From an uncultured Bacilli bacterium (GTDB lineage Bacteria; Bacillota_I; Bacilli_A; RF39; UBA660), in the NCBI GenBank assembly GCA_947626425.1, contig CANQRX010000003.1, positions 1 to 38,381 on the forward strand: a stretch of 38,381 nucleotides of DNA, given 5' to 3'. Numbering within the stretch: the first letter of the stretch is position 1; each line of letters starts with the position of its first letter. The notes beneath the pieces are model-generated. The model ran no database searches. It was given only the letters and a program-made list of their open reading frames with translations, and was not told where the DNA came from. The position numbers and the translations under genes are program-made. Positions 1-9,192 of the stretch are shown in pieces.

Positions 1-180
1 ACCTATAATAAATTTACCATTTTTTGGTTAATTTACAATACCTTGAATGCCTTTTTTAGTTTCGCAAGATGTCTATTAAAAAATTTTAAAAATTTAATGA
101 AACTTCATAATAGAGGAATTAAAGTCTTTTTCACGGACATAACCAAATTAAAAGAAAAAATGTTAGAAGAAATAAAGTAA
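1..180 (+). CDS. 3' end of a CDS running in from the left edge (unknown product)
   Basis: Frame 1 is open from base 1 to TAA at 178-180 (TYNKFTIFWLIYNTLNAFF...KEKMLEEIK*); too short to assign a function. Confidence 0.6.
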   Translation, partial: TYNKFTIFWLIYNTLNAFFSFARCLLKNFKNLMKLHNRGIKVFFTDITKLKEKMLEEIK

Positions 181-315
181 ATAAAATTTTAAAATGAATA
201 TTCCCTTTTTTCATAGTTCTAATGGGGAAAGCTTTAAAACTTTTAGTTTTAATCTAATTTTATTTATGTTAAAATTTTATTAAGTTTTTAAAAATAAAAA
301 TCAGAGGAGGAAAAA

Positions 316-1398
316 ATGAAAAGCGTTTATATTCACATTCCTTTTTGTCAAAAAATTTGTTCTTATTGCGATTTTTGTAAAATGTTTTATGATTCAAAAT
401 GGTCTAAAGCTTATTTAAAAAGATTAAATGAAGAAATAGATAATCATTATTTAGGTGAAGAAATTAGAACTCTTTACATTGGTGGAGGAACACCAAGTTG
501 CCTTTCTTTAGAAGAAACAGAATTTCTTTTAAAAATTACAAAAAAATTTTCCAAAATGAAAAATATTGAATTTACTTTTGAATGTAATTTGGAAGATTTA
601 ACTTTAGAAAAATTAAAATTATTAAAGTTTTATAATGTAACAAGACTAAGTATTGGAATTCAAAGTTTTCAACCTCATTTATTAGATTTAATGGGAAGAA
701 AACATGATTTTAAAGATGCTCAAGCAAAAATTAATTTGGCAAGAAGTTTAGGATTTACCAATATAAGTTTGGATTTAATGTATGGCTTTTACAATCAAAC
801 AATCAAAGACTTAAAAGAAGATTTAAAACTATTTTTAAAATTAAATCCTGAACATCTAAGCACTTACAGTTTAAAAATTGGTGATCATACTTTATTAAAA
901 GTAAATAAAATTCCCGAAATTGATGAAGATACCGATGCAAAGATGTATGAGATTATTTGTGCTTATTTAAAAAAACATAAATTTATTCATTATGAAGTTA
1001 GTAATTTTGCTAAGAAAGGAAAAGAATCCATTCATAATTTAGTTTATTGGAACAATGAAGAATATTATGGCTTTGGGCTATCAGCTTCCGGATATATTGA
1101 TAATGTAAGATATACCAATGTTTTAAATTTAAAAGATTATTTGAATGACGATCGAAAATCAGAAGAAATATTATTAACTACTAAAGACAAAATGGATTAC
1201 GAATTAATTCTTGGTTTAAGAAAATTACAAGGAATTAATGTTAATAAATTTAAAGAAAAATATGAGATTGCTCTTGAAGATGCTTATCCTATTAAGCCGT
1301 TATTAAAAAATAAAGAATTACAACAAAAAAAAGAATATATTTTCATACCTGAGGACAAAATATATATAATGAATGAAATTTTATTAAAAATGATATAG
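316..1398 (+). CDS. hemW: Radical SAM heme chaperone HemW (HemN-like)
   Basis: YIHIPFCQKICSYCDF (CxxxCxxC), YIGGGTPS, RLSIGIQSF, YEVSNF, HNLVYW; RBS GAGGAGG. Confidence 0.92.
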   Translation: MKSVYIHIPFCQKICSYCDFCKMFYDSKWSKAYLKRLNEEIDNHYLGEEIRTLYIGGGTPSCLSLEETEFLLKITKKFSKMKNIEFTFECNLEDLTLEKLKLLKFYNVTRLSIGIQSFQPHLLDLMGRKHDFKDAQAKINLARSLGFTNISLDLMYGFYNQTIKDLKEDLKLFLKLNPEHLSTYSLKIGDHTLLKVNKIPEIDEDTDAKMYEIICAYLKKHKFIHYEVSNFAKKGKESIHNLVYWNNEEYYGFGLSASGYIDNVRYTNVLNLKDYLNDDRKSEEILLTTKDKMDYELILGLRKLQGINVNKFKEKYEIALEDAYPIKPLLKNKELQQKKEYIFIPEDKIYIMNEILLKMI

Positions 1399-1409
1399 GA
1401 GGTCTTTTA

Positions 1410-1850
1410 GTGAAAAAAATATTCTTTTTTATTTGGTTATTTTTTATTATGGGAACTGTAAATGCTGAAACAATGAAACATTTTGAAGTTTTAAACGGTA
1501 AGTTATCCATTCCTTTTGATTCAAAAATAAATACTTATACAGTTTATTTGATTGATGGTGAATCACAAATTAATGCTAATTATATTCTCATGGATGACGC
1601 TTTAACGGCAACAATTGATGAGGACCGTGAAAAAGCCGTTTATAAAATTTTTAATGGAGAAAAAGAAGTTGAAGAATATGTTTTTTATAAAATAACAACG
1701 GAAGAAACACCGGTTTTTAATGAAAAAATAATTGAATCTGAACCACCCAAGGAAATACCTAATTTACCCTATTATATTATAGGGACTTGTCTAATAATAA
1801 TAATTATTTTATTTAAGATTATTGTAATTGGTTTTAAAAGAAAAATATAA
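1410..1850 (+). CDS. Small exported, membrane-anchored protein, possibly cadherin-like beta-sandwich
   Basis: Signal peptide (..VNA-E), LSIPFDSKINTYTV segment, C-terminal TM helix plus KRK; RBS AGGAGG before GTG. Confidence 0.6.
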   Translation: MKKIFFFIWLFFIMGTVNAETMKHFEVLNGKLSIPFDSKINTYTVYLIDGESQINANYILMDDALTATIDEDREKAVYKIFNGEKEVEEYVFYKITTEETPVFNEKIIESEPPKEIPNLPYYIIGTCLIIIIILFKIIVIGFKRKI

Positions 1851-1865
1851 ACATAATATTTTAAT

Positions 1866-2489
1866 ATGAAAAAATATATTGCCCATCGGGGTTTAAAACC
1901 TGCTCGTGTTAAAGAAAATTCTTTAGAGGCTTTTTCTTTGGCCATAAAAAATCCTAATTATGTCGGATTTGAGTGTGATGTTAGAACTAGTCTTGACCAA
2001 GTTTTTTTTATTCATCACAATGCCTTAATTGATTTAAAACTAGTATCAAGCTTAACAAAAAAGGAGTTGCTAAAAAAGAATCTTACGCCTTTAAAGGAAG
2101 TTTTAAAACTAAAAACTGATAAAATAATATTAATTGAAATTAAAGAAAGTAACATTGATATTTATAAATTACATCAACTTCTTAATAATTGTAATCGAAA
2201 AATTTATGTCATGAGTTTTCTTAATTCGGTTATTAAAAAACTAAGTAAATTAAAAAGAAACTATAAAATTGGATGCTTAAATTATCTTTTAAACAGTGAA
2301 GAAGATTATCGATATTTAGATTTTATTTGTTTACTAGAAATCTCTTATTCTCATAAGTTGTACAGTTATTTTCAAGAAAAAGGTCTGGAAGTTTTTATTT
2401 ATGGTATTCATAAAAAAGAAACATATGAAATAATTGATGATGTTTATTTTATAACTGATTTAGTTTTGCTAAATAATGGTCAACTATGA
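1866..2489 (+). CDS. Glycerophosphodiester phosphodiesterase family protein
   Basis: IAHRG, ENSLEAF, FECDVRTSLD..FIHH, IEIKE motifs. Confidence 0.85.
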   Translation: MKKYIAHRGLKPARVKENSLEAFSLAIKNPNYVGFECDVRTSLDQVFFIHHNALIDLKLVSSLTKKELLKKNLTPLKEVLKLKTDKIILIEIKESNIDIYKLHQLLNNCNRKIYVMSFLNSVIKKLSKLKRNYKIGCLNYLLNSEEDYRYLDFICLLEISYSHKLYSYFQEKGLEVFIYGIHKKETYEIIDDVYFITDLVLLNNGQL

Positions 2490-2547
2490 TTTACAAACTG
2501 TTTTTTCGCAAAATATGCTATAATTATGTCCAAAAGAAGTGATGTAG

Positions 2548-3678
2548 ATGAGCAAACCAAGACAAACAAATATTGAATTGTTAAGAATCATAGCCATTTT
2601 ATTTATTATTAGTTTTCATTATGTCTATAAAAGCGGGTACGTCTTAACTAGTTTAAATGTAAACAGTGTAATTATAAAAAGTTTTTATTTTTTAGGAGAA
2701 CTTGGTGTTAATATCTTTGCTTTAATAACAGGCTATTTTATGATAAATGGAAAATTTAAAAGTAAAAAATTGTTAAAATTGCTCATCGAAGTTAATTTTT
2801 ATTATTTATTAACGATTTTTTTGAAACAAGCTTATACCCATAATATTGGAAATTGGTTTTGTTCATTACTTAAAAGTCCTAAAAGTACCTTTTTAATGTT
2901 TTTTCCCGTTATTTTTAATAAATATTGGTTTATAACAGCCTATATTTTAATTTACATTTTAAGTCCCTATTTGAATAAATTTATAAAATCTCTTACCAAG
3001 GATGAATTAAAGAAATTGTTACTAATTTTATTTTTCATTTGGTCAGTAATTCCCACTTTTTTTGGATTCTTTGAAAATACTACGGAATCGCTTCTTTATT
3101 ATAATCGTTTTTTGTGGCTAATATTTATGTATTTTTTGGGATCTTACATTAAATTATATTCACTAAAAATCTTTAAAAATAAAAAAATTAGTATCTTTAC
3201 AGCCATATTTTCTTTAGCCTTTATGGTTTTAGGAATAATTGTTATTTTTAAGTTTGGAAATCTTTTTAAAAAAATCGGAACTAAAGAAACTGCCTATTTT
3301 TGGCAACCTAATACTATTCCAATGCTTATTTTAAGTGTTTCGCTTTTTGAATTATTTTTAAAATTAAAAATACCTAATTTAAAGTTAATTAATGTTGCCG
3401 CATCGACAACTTTAGGAGTGTATATGTTACACGATGGACCCTTAGCAAGTACTCTTTGGCAAAATATTTTTAAAACATTAGATTGCTTAAATAGTAAATA
3501 TTATCTATTTTATATAATCGCCCATACATTTACAATTTTCATTTTAGGGGGGGGGGTTGACATTATAAGACAAGGCTTAGAAAGAATAACGCTTAGTAAA
3601 TTTTTAGATTCCCAAGTTTATGAAAAGTTGACATCTAAAATAAAAAAATTTTGGCAAAAAATCTATAAAGTGATTTAA
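2548..3678 (+). CDS. Acyltransferase-3 family membrane O-acyltransferase
   Basis: RQTNIELLRIIA..H, GVNIFALITGYF, YWFITAY, TLGVYMLHD; about 10 hydrophobic segments. Confidence 0.88.
   Translation: MSKPRQTNIELLRIIAILFIISFHYVYKSGYVLTSLNVNSVIIKSFYFLGELGVNIFALITGYFMINGKFKSKKLLKLLIEVNFYYLLTIFLKQAYTHNIGNWFCSLLKSPKSTFLMFFPVIFNKYWFITAYILIYILSPYLNKFIKSLTKDELKKLLLILFFIWSVIPTFFGFFENTTESLLYYNRFLWLIFMYFLGSYIKLYSLKIFKNKKISIFTAIFSLAFMVLGIIVIFKFGNLFKKIGTKETAYFWQPNTIPMLILSVSLFELFLKLKIPNLKLINVAASTTLGVYMLHDGPLASTLWQNIFKTLDCLNSKYYLFYIIAHTFTIFILGGGVDIIRQGLERITLSKFLDSQVYEKLTSKIKKFWQKIYKVI
3547..3556 (+). repeat. G10 homopolymer inside the acyltransferase CDS
   Basis: attttaGGGGGGGGGGttga; encodes GGG-V at codons 334-337. 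Confidence 0.95.
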
Positions 3679-3697
3679 TAATAATAGAGGTGTTGAA

Positions 3698-4096
3698 GTG
3701 AAAAAAGAAAATGATTTGTTAAAACAAGTTTGTAAATTTTTAATTGTTGGTGGAATAGCAACGCTTATCGATTGGGGAATATATATCTTTTTAAATGGTT
3801 TATTAAAAATAAATCCGTTAATTTCTAATATCTTTTCGTTTTCTATTTCCGTTATTTATAATTATCTAGCTAGTATAAAATGGGTTTTTAAAGTAAGTAA
3901 AAATAAAAGTTCTCGTAAAATATTTATCGATTTTCTTTTATTGAGTGTTTTAGGTTTAATACTAAGCGAATTCTTTATGTGGTTTTTTATAGAAAAATTA
4001 CGATTCAAAAATATGTTTTCAAAAATCTTATCTACTGGCTTAGTAATGATTTTTAATTTTATAACTCGCAAGTATTTTTTAGAAGATAACCATTAA
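3698..4096 (+). CDS. GtrA family protein (lipid-linked sugar translocase-like)
   Basis: KFLIVGGIATLID, YNYLASIKWVF, FNFITRKYF; four TM helices. Confidence 0.9.
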   Translation: MKKENDLLKQVCKFLIVGGIATLIDWGIYIFLNGLLKINPLISNIFSFSISVIYNYLASIKWVFKVSKNKSSRKIFIDFLLLSVLGLILSEFFMWFFIEKLRFKNMFSKILSTGLVMIFNFITRKYFLEDNH

Positions 4097-4153
4097 CAAA
4101 GTGGTTGCCATTGGTTATAATAAATGATAAAGTATTGAAAAAAGGAATGACTG

Positions 4154-5047
4154 TTGATGAAGAAGTATTTAAAATTAATGCGAGTTCGGCATTATATCAA
4201 AAATTTTTTAATTTTTTTGCCATTAATATTCAGTGGTAATTTGTTTAATAAATATTTATTTTTAGTTACATGTTGGGGATTTTTAGCTTTTTCTTTACTA
4301 GCTTCAAGTATTTATATTTTTAATGATTTACTTGATTACGAAAACGATAAATTACATCCTAAAAAGAAATTTCGACCTATAGCTTCGGGAGAAATATCAA
4401 AAGGGAAGGCTAAAATTCTTTTAGTTTTGCTTTTATTGTTTAGTTTTTTAATAATTATAAATTTATTTCATTGTCATTTAATTAATAAATCAGCTTTTTT
4501 CGAATCTTTAATTATTTTGATTATTTATTTTTTGATAAATATCTTTTATAGTTTAAAAATAAAACATCTTCCCATTTTAGATATTCTTTTTCTAGCTTTA
4601 GGGTTTGTTTTAAGGGTTTATTTTGGTGGCAGTTTAAACAGTATTGAAATATCTAGTTGGTTATATTTAACGGTTTTAAGCTTTTCATTATACTTAGTAA
4701 TTGGGAAAAGAAAAGGGGAATTAGAAAAAAATAAAAATTCGCGACCAGTCTTAAAATACTATACTGTTGAATATTTAGATAAGTTTATGTATTCATTTTT
4801 AACTTTGACTTTAGTTTTTTATTCCCTATGGTGTACGAGTTCGAAATTAGATTCTTATGCCGTATATAGTATTTTTATAATTATTTTTATTGTTATGAAA
4901 TATAGCCTAAATATTGAAAGCAACCAAAACGAATATTTATCCGATCCAGTCGAAGTTTTATTACATGATAAAATTTTGATATTAGCAATCATAATTTATT
5001 TTGGCTACATGGGAGGAGTTTTATATGGGAAATATTTGGGTTTATGA
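4154..5047 (+). CDS. UbiA-family polyprenyl-phosphate phosphoribosyltransferase (DPPR synthase-like)
   Basis: LMRVRHYIKNFLIF, YIFNDLLDYENDKLHPKKKFRPIASG, YSLKIKH..ILD, GKRKGEL, DPVEVLLHDK. Start may be the ATG at 4157. Confidence 0.88.
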   Translation: MMKKYLKLMRVRHYIKNFLIFLPLIFSGNLFNKYLFLVTCWGFLAFSLLASSIYIFNDLLDYENDKLHPKKKFRPIASGEISKGKAKILLVLLLLFSFLIIINLFHCHLINKSAFFESLIILIIYFLINIFYSLKIKHLPILDILFLALGFVLRVYFGGSLNSIEISSWLYLTVLSFSLYLVIGKRKGELEKNKNSRPVLKYYTVEYLDKFMYSFLTLTLVFYSLWCTSSKLDSYAVYSIFIIIFIVMKYSLNIESNQNEYLSDPVEVLLHDKILILAIIIYFGYMGGVLYGKYLGL

Positions 5048-7067
5048 TTTTGATGGAACGATTTATGATGGCGATAGTTCAATCGATTTTTTCTTTTTTT
5101 GTCTAAGAAAAAAATTTAGTTTAATAAAATATTTACCAATGTTAATTTTCTATACTTTCTGGTATGCTTTAAAAAAAATAACGGTTAAAGAATATAAAGA
5201 AAAAGTCTTTCAATTTTTAAAAAATTTTGCGAATATTGATGAATTAGTCGATGAATTTTGGCAAAAAAATAGTTTTAAAATTAATCAATTTTTTTTAGAT
5301 GATTTAAATAATCCAAATCGTCCTTTAATCGCAATTATAAGCGCTTCTCCCCAATTTTTAATTAATGGTTACGCAAAAAATCTTAAAAATGTTTCATTAA
5401 TCGCGACCGACATGGATAAAAAAACAGGAATTATTCATGGTGAAAATTGTAAAGGCGAGGAAAAAGTAGTTCAATTTGAAAAGGAGTTTAAAAATACTAA
5501 CATTGCTAAATTTTATAGTGATTCTAAGTCTGACGAACCTTTAGCCAAGAAAGCTCAAGAATCTTTTATTGTTTTAAAAGGACAAGTAAAAGAATGGAAG
5601 GAAAGATTTTTTATTAAAGAAAAGCAAAAGAAAATTGCCTTTGGTTTATTTTTGGCCTTTTTTACTTTTTATCTAATATTAGGAATTTATTTTTCGTATT
5701 TATATGAAGCAAAACTAGATTTTATATTTGGTTCCGATCCCACAAGAGTAATAGGGGATATGACCAATGTTTTTGGAAATCACTACCGTGTTAGAGTTCA
5801 TCCTTTATATGTTTTAATACTACAACCCATAACTTTAATATTAGGTGGTTTAACGGTTAATAACTTATTGGCAGCTTTAATTATCATTTCCAGTGTTACC
5901 AGTTTATCTGTTGTTTTCCTTTACAAAATAGCTTCAATGTTTATCAAAAGTGAAAAAATAAAATTGTTAATTTCAGCAATGTTTGGTTTTTCATTTTCAG
6001 AAATATTTTTTACAACAATTATTGAATCTTTCCCGTTTGCAGCTTTCTTTTTAATTTTATTATGGTTTTTAGTAATTAAAATTTTTAAAAACCAAGAAGT
6101 TCCTAAAAATTATTTATTTTTCTTAATTTTATTAGGAATCGCTTCTTTTGGAATAACAATAACTAATTTTATTACTTATTTAATAGCTTTATTTACTTTA
6201 TGGATTGGCAAAAAAATAAAGTTAAAACAAATTATGGGTGTAGTTTTGGCCATAGCATTATCAGTAATATGTTTATCATATATTCAAAATTATACTTGGC
6301 ATAATACTCCAACCATTTTTCAAAAAACTAATTATCAAGCTGAACAAAAATATGTAAATTTTAATTTTTCTTTAACGAAATTTAAAAATATAATTAAAAC
6401 CGACTTTATTCAGTCCCTTTTTGCAAGCGATGTTTATGTAAATAAGAATAAGATTGTCGATTTTAGAAAACTAAATTATTTTAATAAAACTTTTGCAGTT
6501 GTTTTTTACTTAATAATTTTTATCAATTTATTAAAAAACTTTCACAAAAATAAAATTTTGAATATGGGAATTATGTTATCTTTGTTATTTAATTTTACCT
6601 TACATCTAATTTATGGAAATAAAGAAACCTTCTTATATGCTTGTCATTTTAATTATTTAATATTTTTATTACTAATAGTTAATTATCAAGAAAAGGCAAA
6701 ACCGAAGAAGGATTATAATATGCTTTTCCTAAGCATAATTGCTGTTTTTCAAATAATTGGTAATATGCGAGTTTATAAACAATTATTAGTGATTATTAGT
6801 AAATACTTAAAACCAACTTATTATCGTAATTTTAAAAATCCTTGGTTATTTATTGGCATCATTATTATTTTATTTTTAATCTATTTATTAAGTTATTTAA
6901 TTTGGAAAATGGTAAAAAAAATAATTGATAAGAGGGTAGAGGATAAACTGACTTATCTTCTTGGCTGCTTGATTTGTCTTATTTTTATTAATTTAATATT
7001 TATTGGTATTGAAACAATACCAAAGTATCAGAAAATTTTTAATATTTCAGTTGCTACTAAAAAATAA
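5025..7067 (+). CDS. HAD-IB phosphatase fused to a polytopic membrane domain (GT-C-like), copy 1
   Basis: DFDGT, ISASP, NCKGEEKV, YSDSKSDEPL, then many TM segments with an RVHPL loop. Start moved to ATG 5025 (RBS GGGAGGAG; matches the paralog N-terminus). Confidence 0.85.
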   Translation: MGNIWVYDFDGTIYDGDSSIDFFFFCLRKKFSLIKYLPMLIFYTFWYALKKITVKEYKEKVFQFLKNFANIDELVDEFWQKNSFKINQFFLDDLNNPNRPLIAIISASPQFLINGYAKNLKNVSLIATDMDKKTGIIHGENCKGEEKVVQFEKEFKNTNIAKFYSDSKSDEPLAKKAQESFIVLKGQVKEWKERFFIKEKQKKIAFGLFLAFFTFYLILGIYFSYLYEAKLDFIFGSDPTRVIGDMTNVFGNHYRVRVHPLYVLILQPITLILGGLTVNNLLAALIIISSVTSLSVVFLYKIASMFIKSEKIKLLISAMFGFSFSEIFFTTIIESFPFAAFFLILLWFLVIKIFKNQEVPKNYLFFLILLGIASFGITITNFITYLIALFTLWIGKKIKLKQIMGVVLAIALSVICLSYIQNYTWHNTPTIFQKTNYQAEQKYVNFNFSLTKFKNIIKTDFIQSLFASDVYVNKNKIVDFRKLNYFNKTFAVVFYLIIFINLLKNFHKNKILNMGIMLSLLFNFTLHLIYGNKETFLYACHFNYLIFLLLIVNYQEKAKPKKDYNMLFLSIIAVFQIIGNMRVYKQLLVIISKYLKPTYYRNFKNPWLFIGIIIILFLIYLLSYLIWKMVKKIIDKRVEDKLTYLLGCLICLIFINLIFIGIETIPKYQKIFNISVATKK

Positions 7068-7693
7068 AGGAGGCGTTTTATATGGAAAATATTTGGGTTT
7101 ATGATTTTGATGGAACGATTTATGATGGAGATAGTTCAATTGATTTTTTCTTTTTTTGTCTAAGAAAAAAATTTAGTTTAATAAAATATTTACCAATGTT
7201 AATTTTCTATACTTTTTGGTATGCTTTAAAAAAAATAACGGTTAAAGAATATAAAGAAAAAGTCTTTCAATTTTTAAAAAACTTTGCGAATATTGATGAA
7301 TTAGTCGATGAATTTTGGCAAAAAAATAGTTTTAAAATTAATCAATTTTTTTTAGATGATTTAAATAATCCAAATCGTCCTTTAATCGCAATTATAAGCG
7401 CTTCTCCCCAATTTTTAATTAATGGTTACGCAAAAAATCTTAAAAATGTTTCATTAATCGCGACCGACATGGATAAAAAAACAGGAATTATTCATGGTGA
7501 AAATTGTAAAGGCGAGGAAAAAGTAGTTCAATTTGAAAAGGAGTTTAAAAATACTAACATTGCTAAATTTTATAGTGATTCTAAGTCTGACGAACCTTTA
7601 GCCAAGAAAGCTCAAGAATCTTTTATTGTTTTAAAAGGACAAGTAAAAGAATGGAAGGAAAGATTTTTTATTAAAGAAAAACAAAAGAAAATA
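5025..7693 (+). repeat. Near-identical ~610 bp direct repeat (5025-5636 and 7082-7693)
   Basis: HAD-domain coding regions differ at only a handful of mostly synonymous positions; offset 2057 bp. Confidence 0.95.
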
Positions 7694-9115
7694 TCTTTTG
7701 GCTTGTTTTTGTTCTTTTTCACTTTCTACTTGATATTAGGAATTTATCTATCTTATTTGTATGTACCAAAACTTGATTTTTTCTTTGGTTCAGATATGGA
7801 AAGAGTAATTGGCGATATGACGGGCATTTTTAATAATCACTACCGTGTCAGAGTCCATCCAATTTATATTTTGCTATTGCAACCAATTACTTTAATGTTA
7901 AGTGGATTAACTATTAATAAGTTACTAGCGGCATTAATTTTCTGTTGTTTTATATCTAGTTTATCAGTTGTTTTAATCTATAAAAGTGCATCGATATTTT
8001 TAAAAAATGAAAAACTAAAATTATTAATAACAGCAATTTTTGGGTTTTCATTCTCGGAAATGTTTTTTTCAGCAGTTATAGAATCATTTCCTTTTGCCTC
8101 TTTTATTTTAATTTTTCTTTGGTATTTTGTAATTAAGGTTTTAAAAAATGAAAAAATTCCTAAAAATTATTTACTTTACTTATTTTTATTAGGAACAGCA
8201 TCTTTAGGTATAACTGTAACTAATTTTGTTATTTATTTAATCGCCTTGTTTGTCTTGTGGCTAGCCAAAAAAATAAAAATAAAACAGATTATAATTGTAA
8301 TTTTAACAGCGTTTTTGACAACGGCCTGTCTATCATACGTTCAAAATTATGCTTGGCATAATACGCCGACCATTTTTGAAAAAAATAATTTAATTGCGGA
8401 AAAAAGGTTTGCCATTTTTACTTTATCAACCACCAATTTTAAAAATGTGATTCAAAAAGATTTTGTTGAAAATTTTTTTGCTAATGATGTTGAAAAACCA
8501 AAAAATGTAAGATTTGGAGAACTTAATTATTTTAATATAACATTGGCGATTATTTTTTACTTAATAATTTTAATAAACCTATTTAAAAACTTTAAGAAAA
8601 ATAAGATTTTGAATATAGGACTTTTACTGGCTTTATTATTTAATTTTGGCTTACATTTATTTTACGGAAATGGCGAAACTTTCTTATATACATGTCATTT
8701 TAATTACTTAATAATTTTATTATTAATAATAAATTATCAAGAAAATGAAAAAAAGAGGGATTATCAATTTTTGTTATTAAGCATTGTGGCTGGATTAGAA
8801 GTCATTTGTAATCTAAAAGTTTTTAAACAATTATTAACTTATGCTAGTAAATATTTAAAACCAACGTATTATCGTAATTTTAAAAATCCTTGGTTATTTA
8901 TTGGCATTGTTGTTATTTTAGTTTTAATTTATTTATTAAGTTATTTAATTTGGAAAATGGTGAAAAAAATAATTGATAAGAGAGTAGAAGATAAACTTTC
9001 CTACGTCATTGGATGCTTAATTTGTCTTATTTTTATTAGCTTAATCTTTATTAGTATTGAAACAATCCCAAAGTATCAGAAAATTTTTAATATTCCAATA
9101 AATATTCAAAAATAG
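7082..9115 (+). CDS. HAD-IB phosphatase fused to a polytopic membrane domain (GT-C-like), copy 2
   Basis: Same architecture as copy 1; RBS AAGGAGG. Confidence 0.85.
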   Translation: MENIWVYDFDGTIYDGDSSIDFFFFCLRKKFSLIKYLPMLIFYTFWYALKKITVKEYKEKVFQFLKNFANIDELVDEFWQKNSFKINQFFLDDLNNPNRPLIAIISASPQFLINGYAKNLKNVSLIATDMDKKTGIIHGENCKGEEKVVQFEKEFKNTNIAKFYSDSKSDEPLAKKAQESFIVLKGQVKEWKERFFIKEKQKKISFGLFLFFFTFYLILGIYLSYLYVPKLDFFFGSDMERVIGDMTGIFNNHYRVRVHPIYILLLQPITLMLSGLTINKLLAALIFCCFISSLSVVLIYKSASIFLKNEKLKLLITAIFGFSFSEMFFSAVIESFPFASFILIFLWYFVIKVLKNEKIPKNYLLYLFLLGTASLGITVTNFVIYLIALFVLWLAKKIKIKQIIIVILTAFLTTACLSYVQNYAWHNTPTIFEKNNLIAEKRFAIFTLSTTNFKNVIQKDFVENFFANDVEKPKNVRFGELNYFNITLAIIFYLIILINLFKNFKKNKILNIGLLLALLFNFGLHLFYGNGETFLYTCHFNYLIILLLIINYQENEKKRDYQFLLLSIVAGLEVICNLKVFKQLLTYASKYLKPTYYRNFKNPWLFIGIVVILVLIYLLSYLIWKMVKKIIDKRVEDKLSYVIGCLICLIFISLIFISIETIPKYQKIFNIPINIQK

Positions 9116-9153
9116 AATTATTAAAGGGAATTTGTCAAAATTTGCTAATTTCA

Positions 9154-9162
9154 TGTTATAAT
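9154..9162 (+). promoter_or_regulatory. Extended -10 sigma-A promoter element for mutS
   Basis: TGTTATAAT 30 bp upstream of the ATG; TTGTCA lies upstream at non-optimal spacing. Confidence 0.55.
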
Positions 9163-9192
9163 ACATCTCATGAACGAAGTTAGGGTGGTATT

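Noticed and set aside
5001-5024. TTG start at 5001 for the first HAD fusion
   Set aside because: The SD lies within this stretch and the paralog begins at the position equivalent to ATG 5025.
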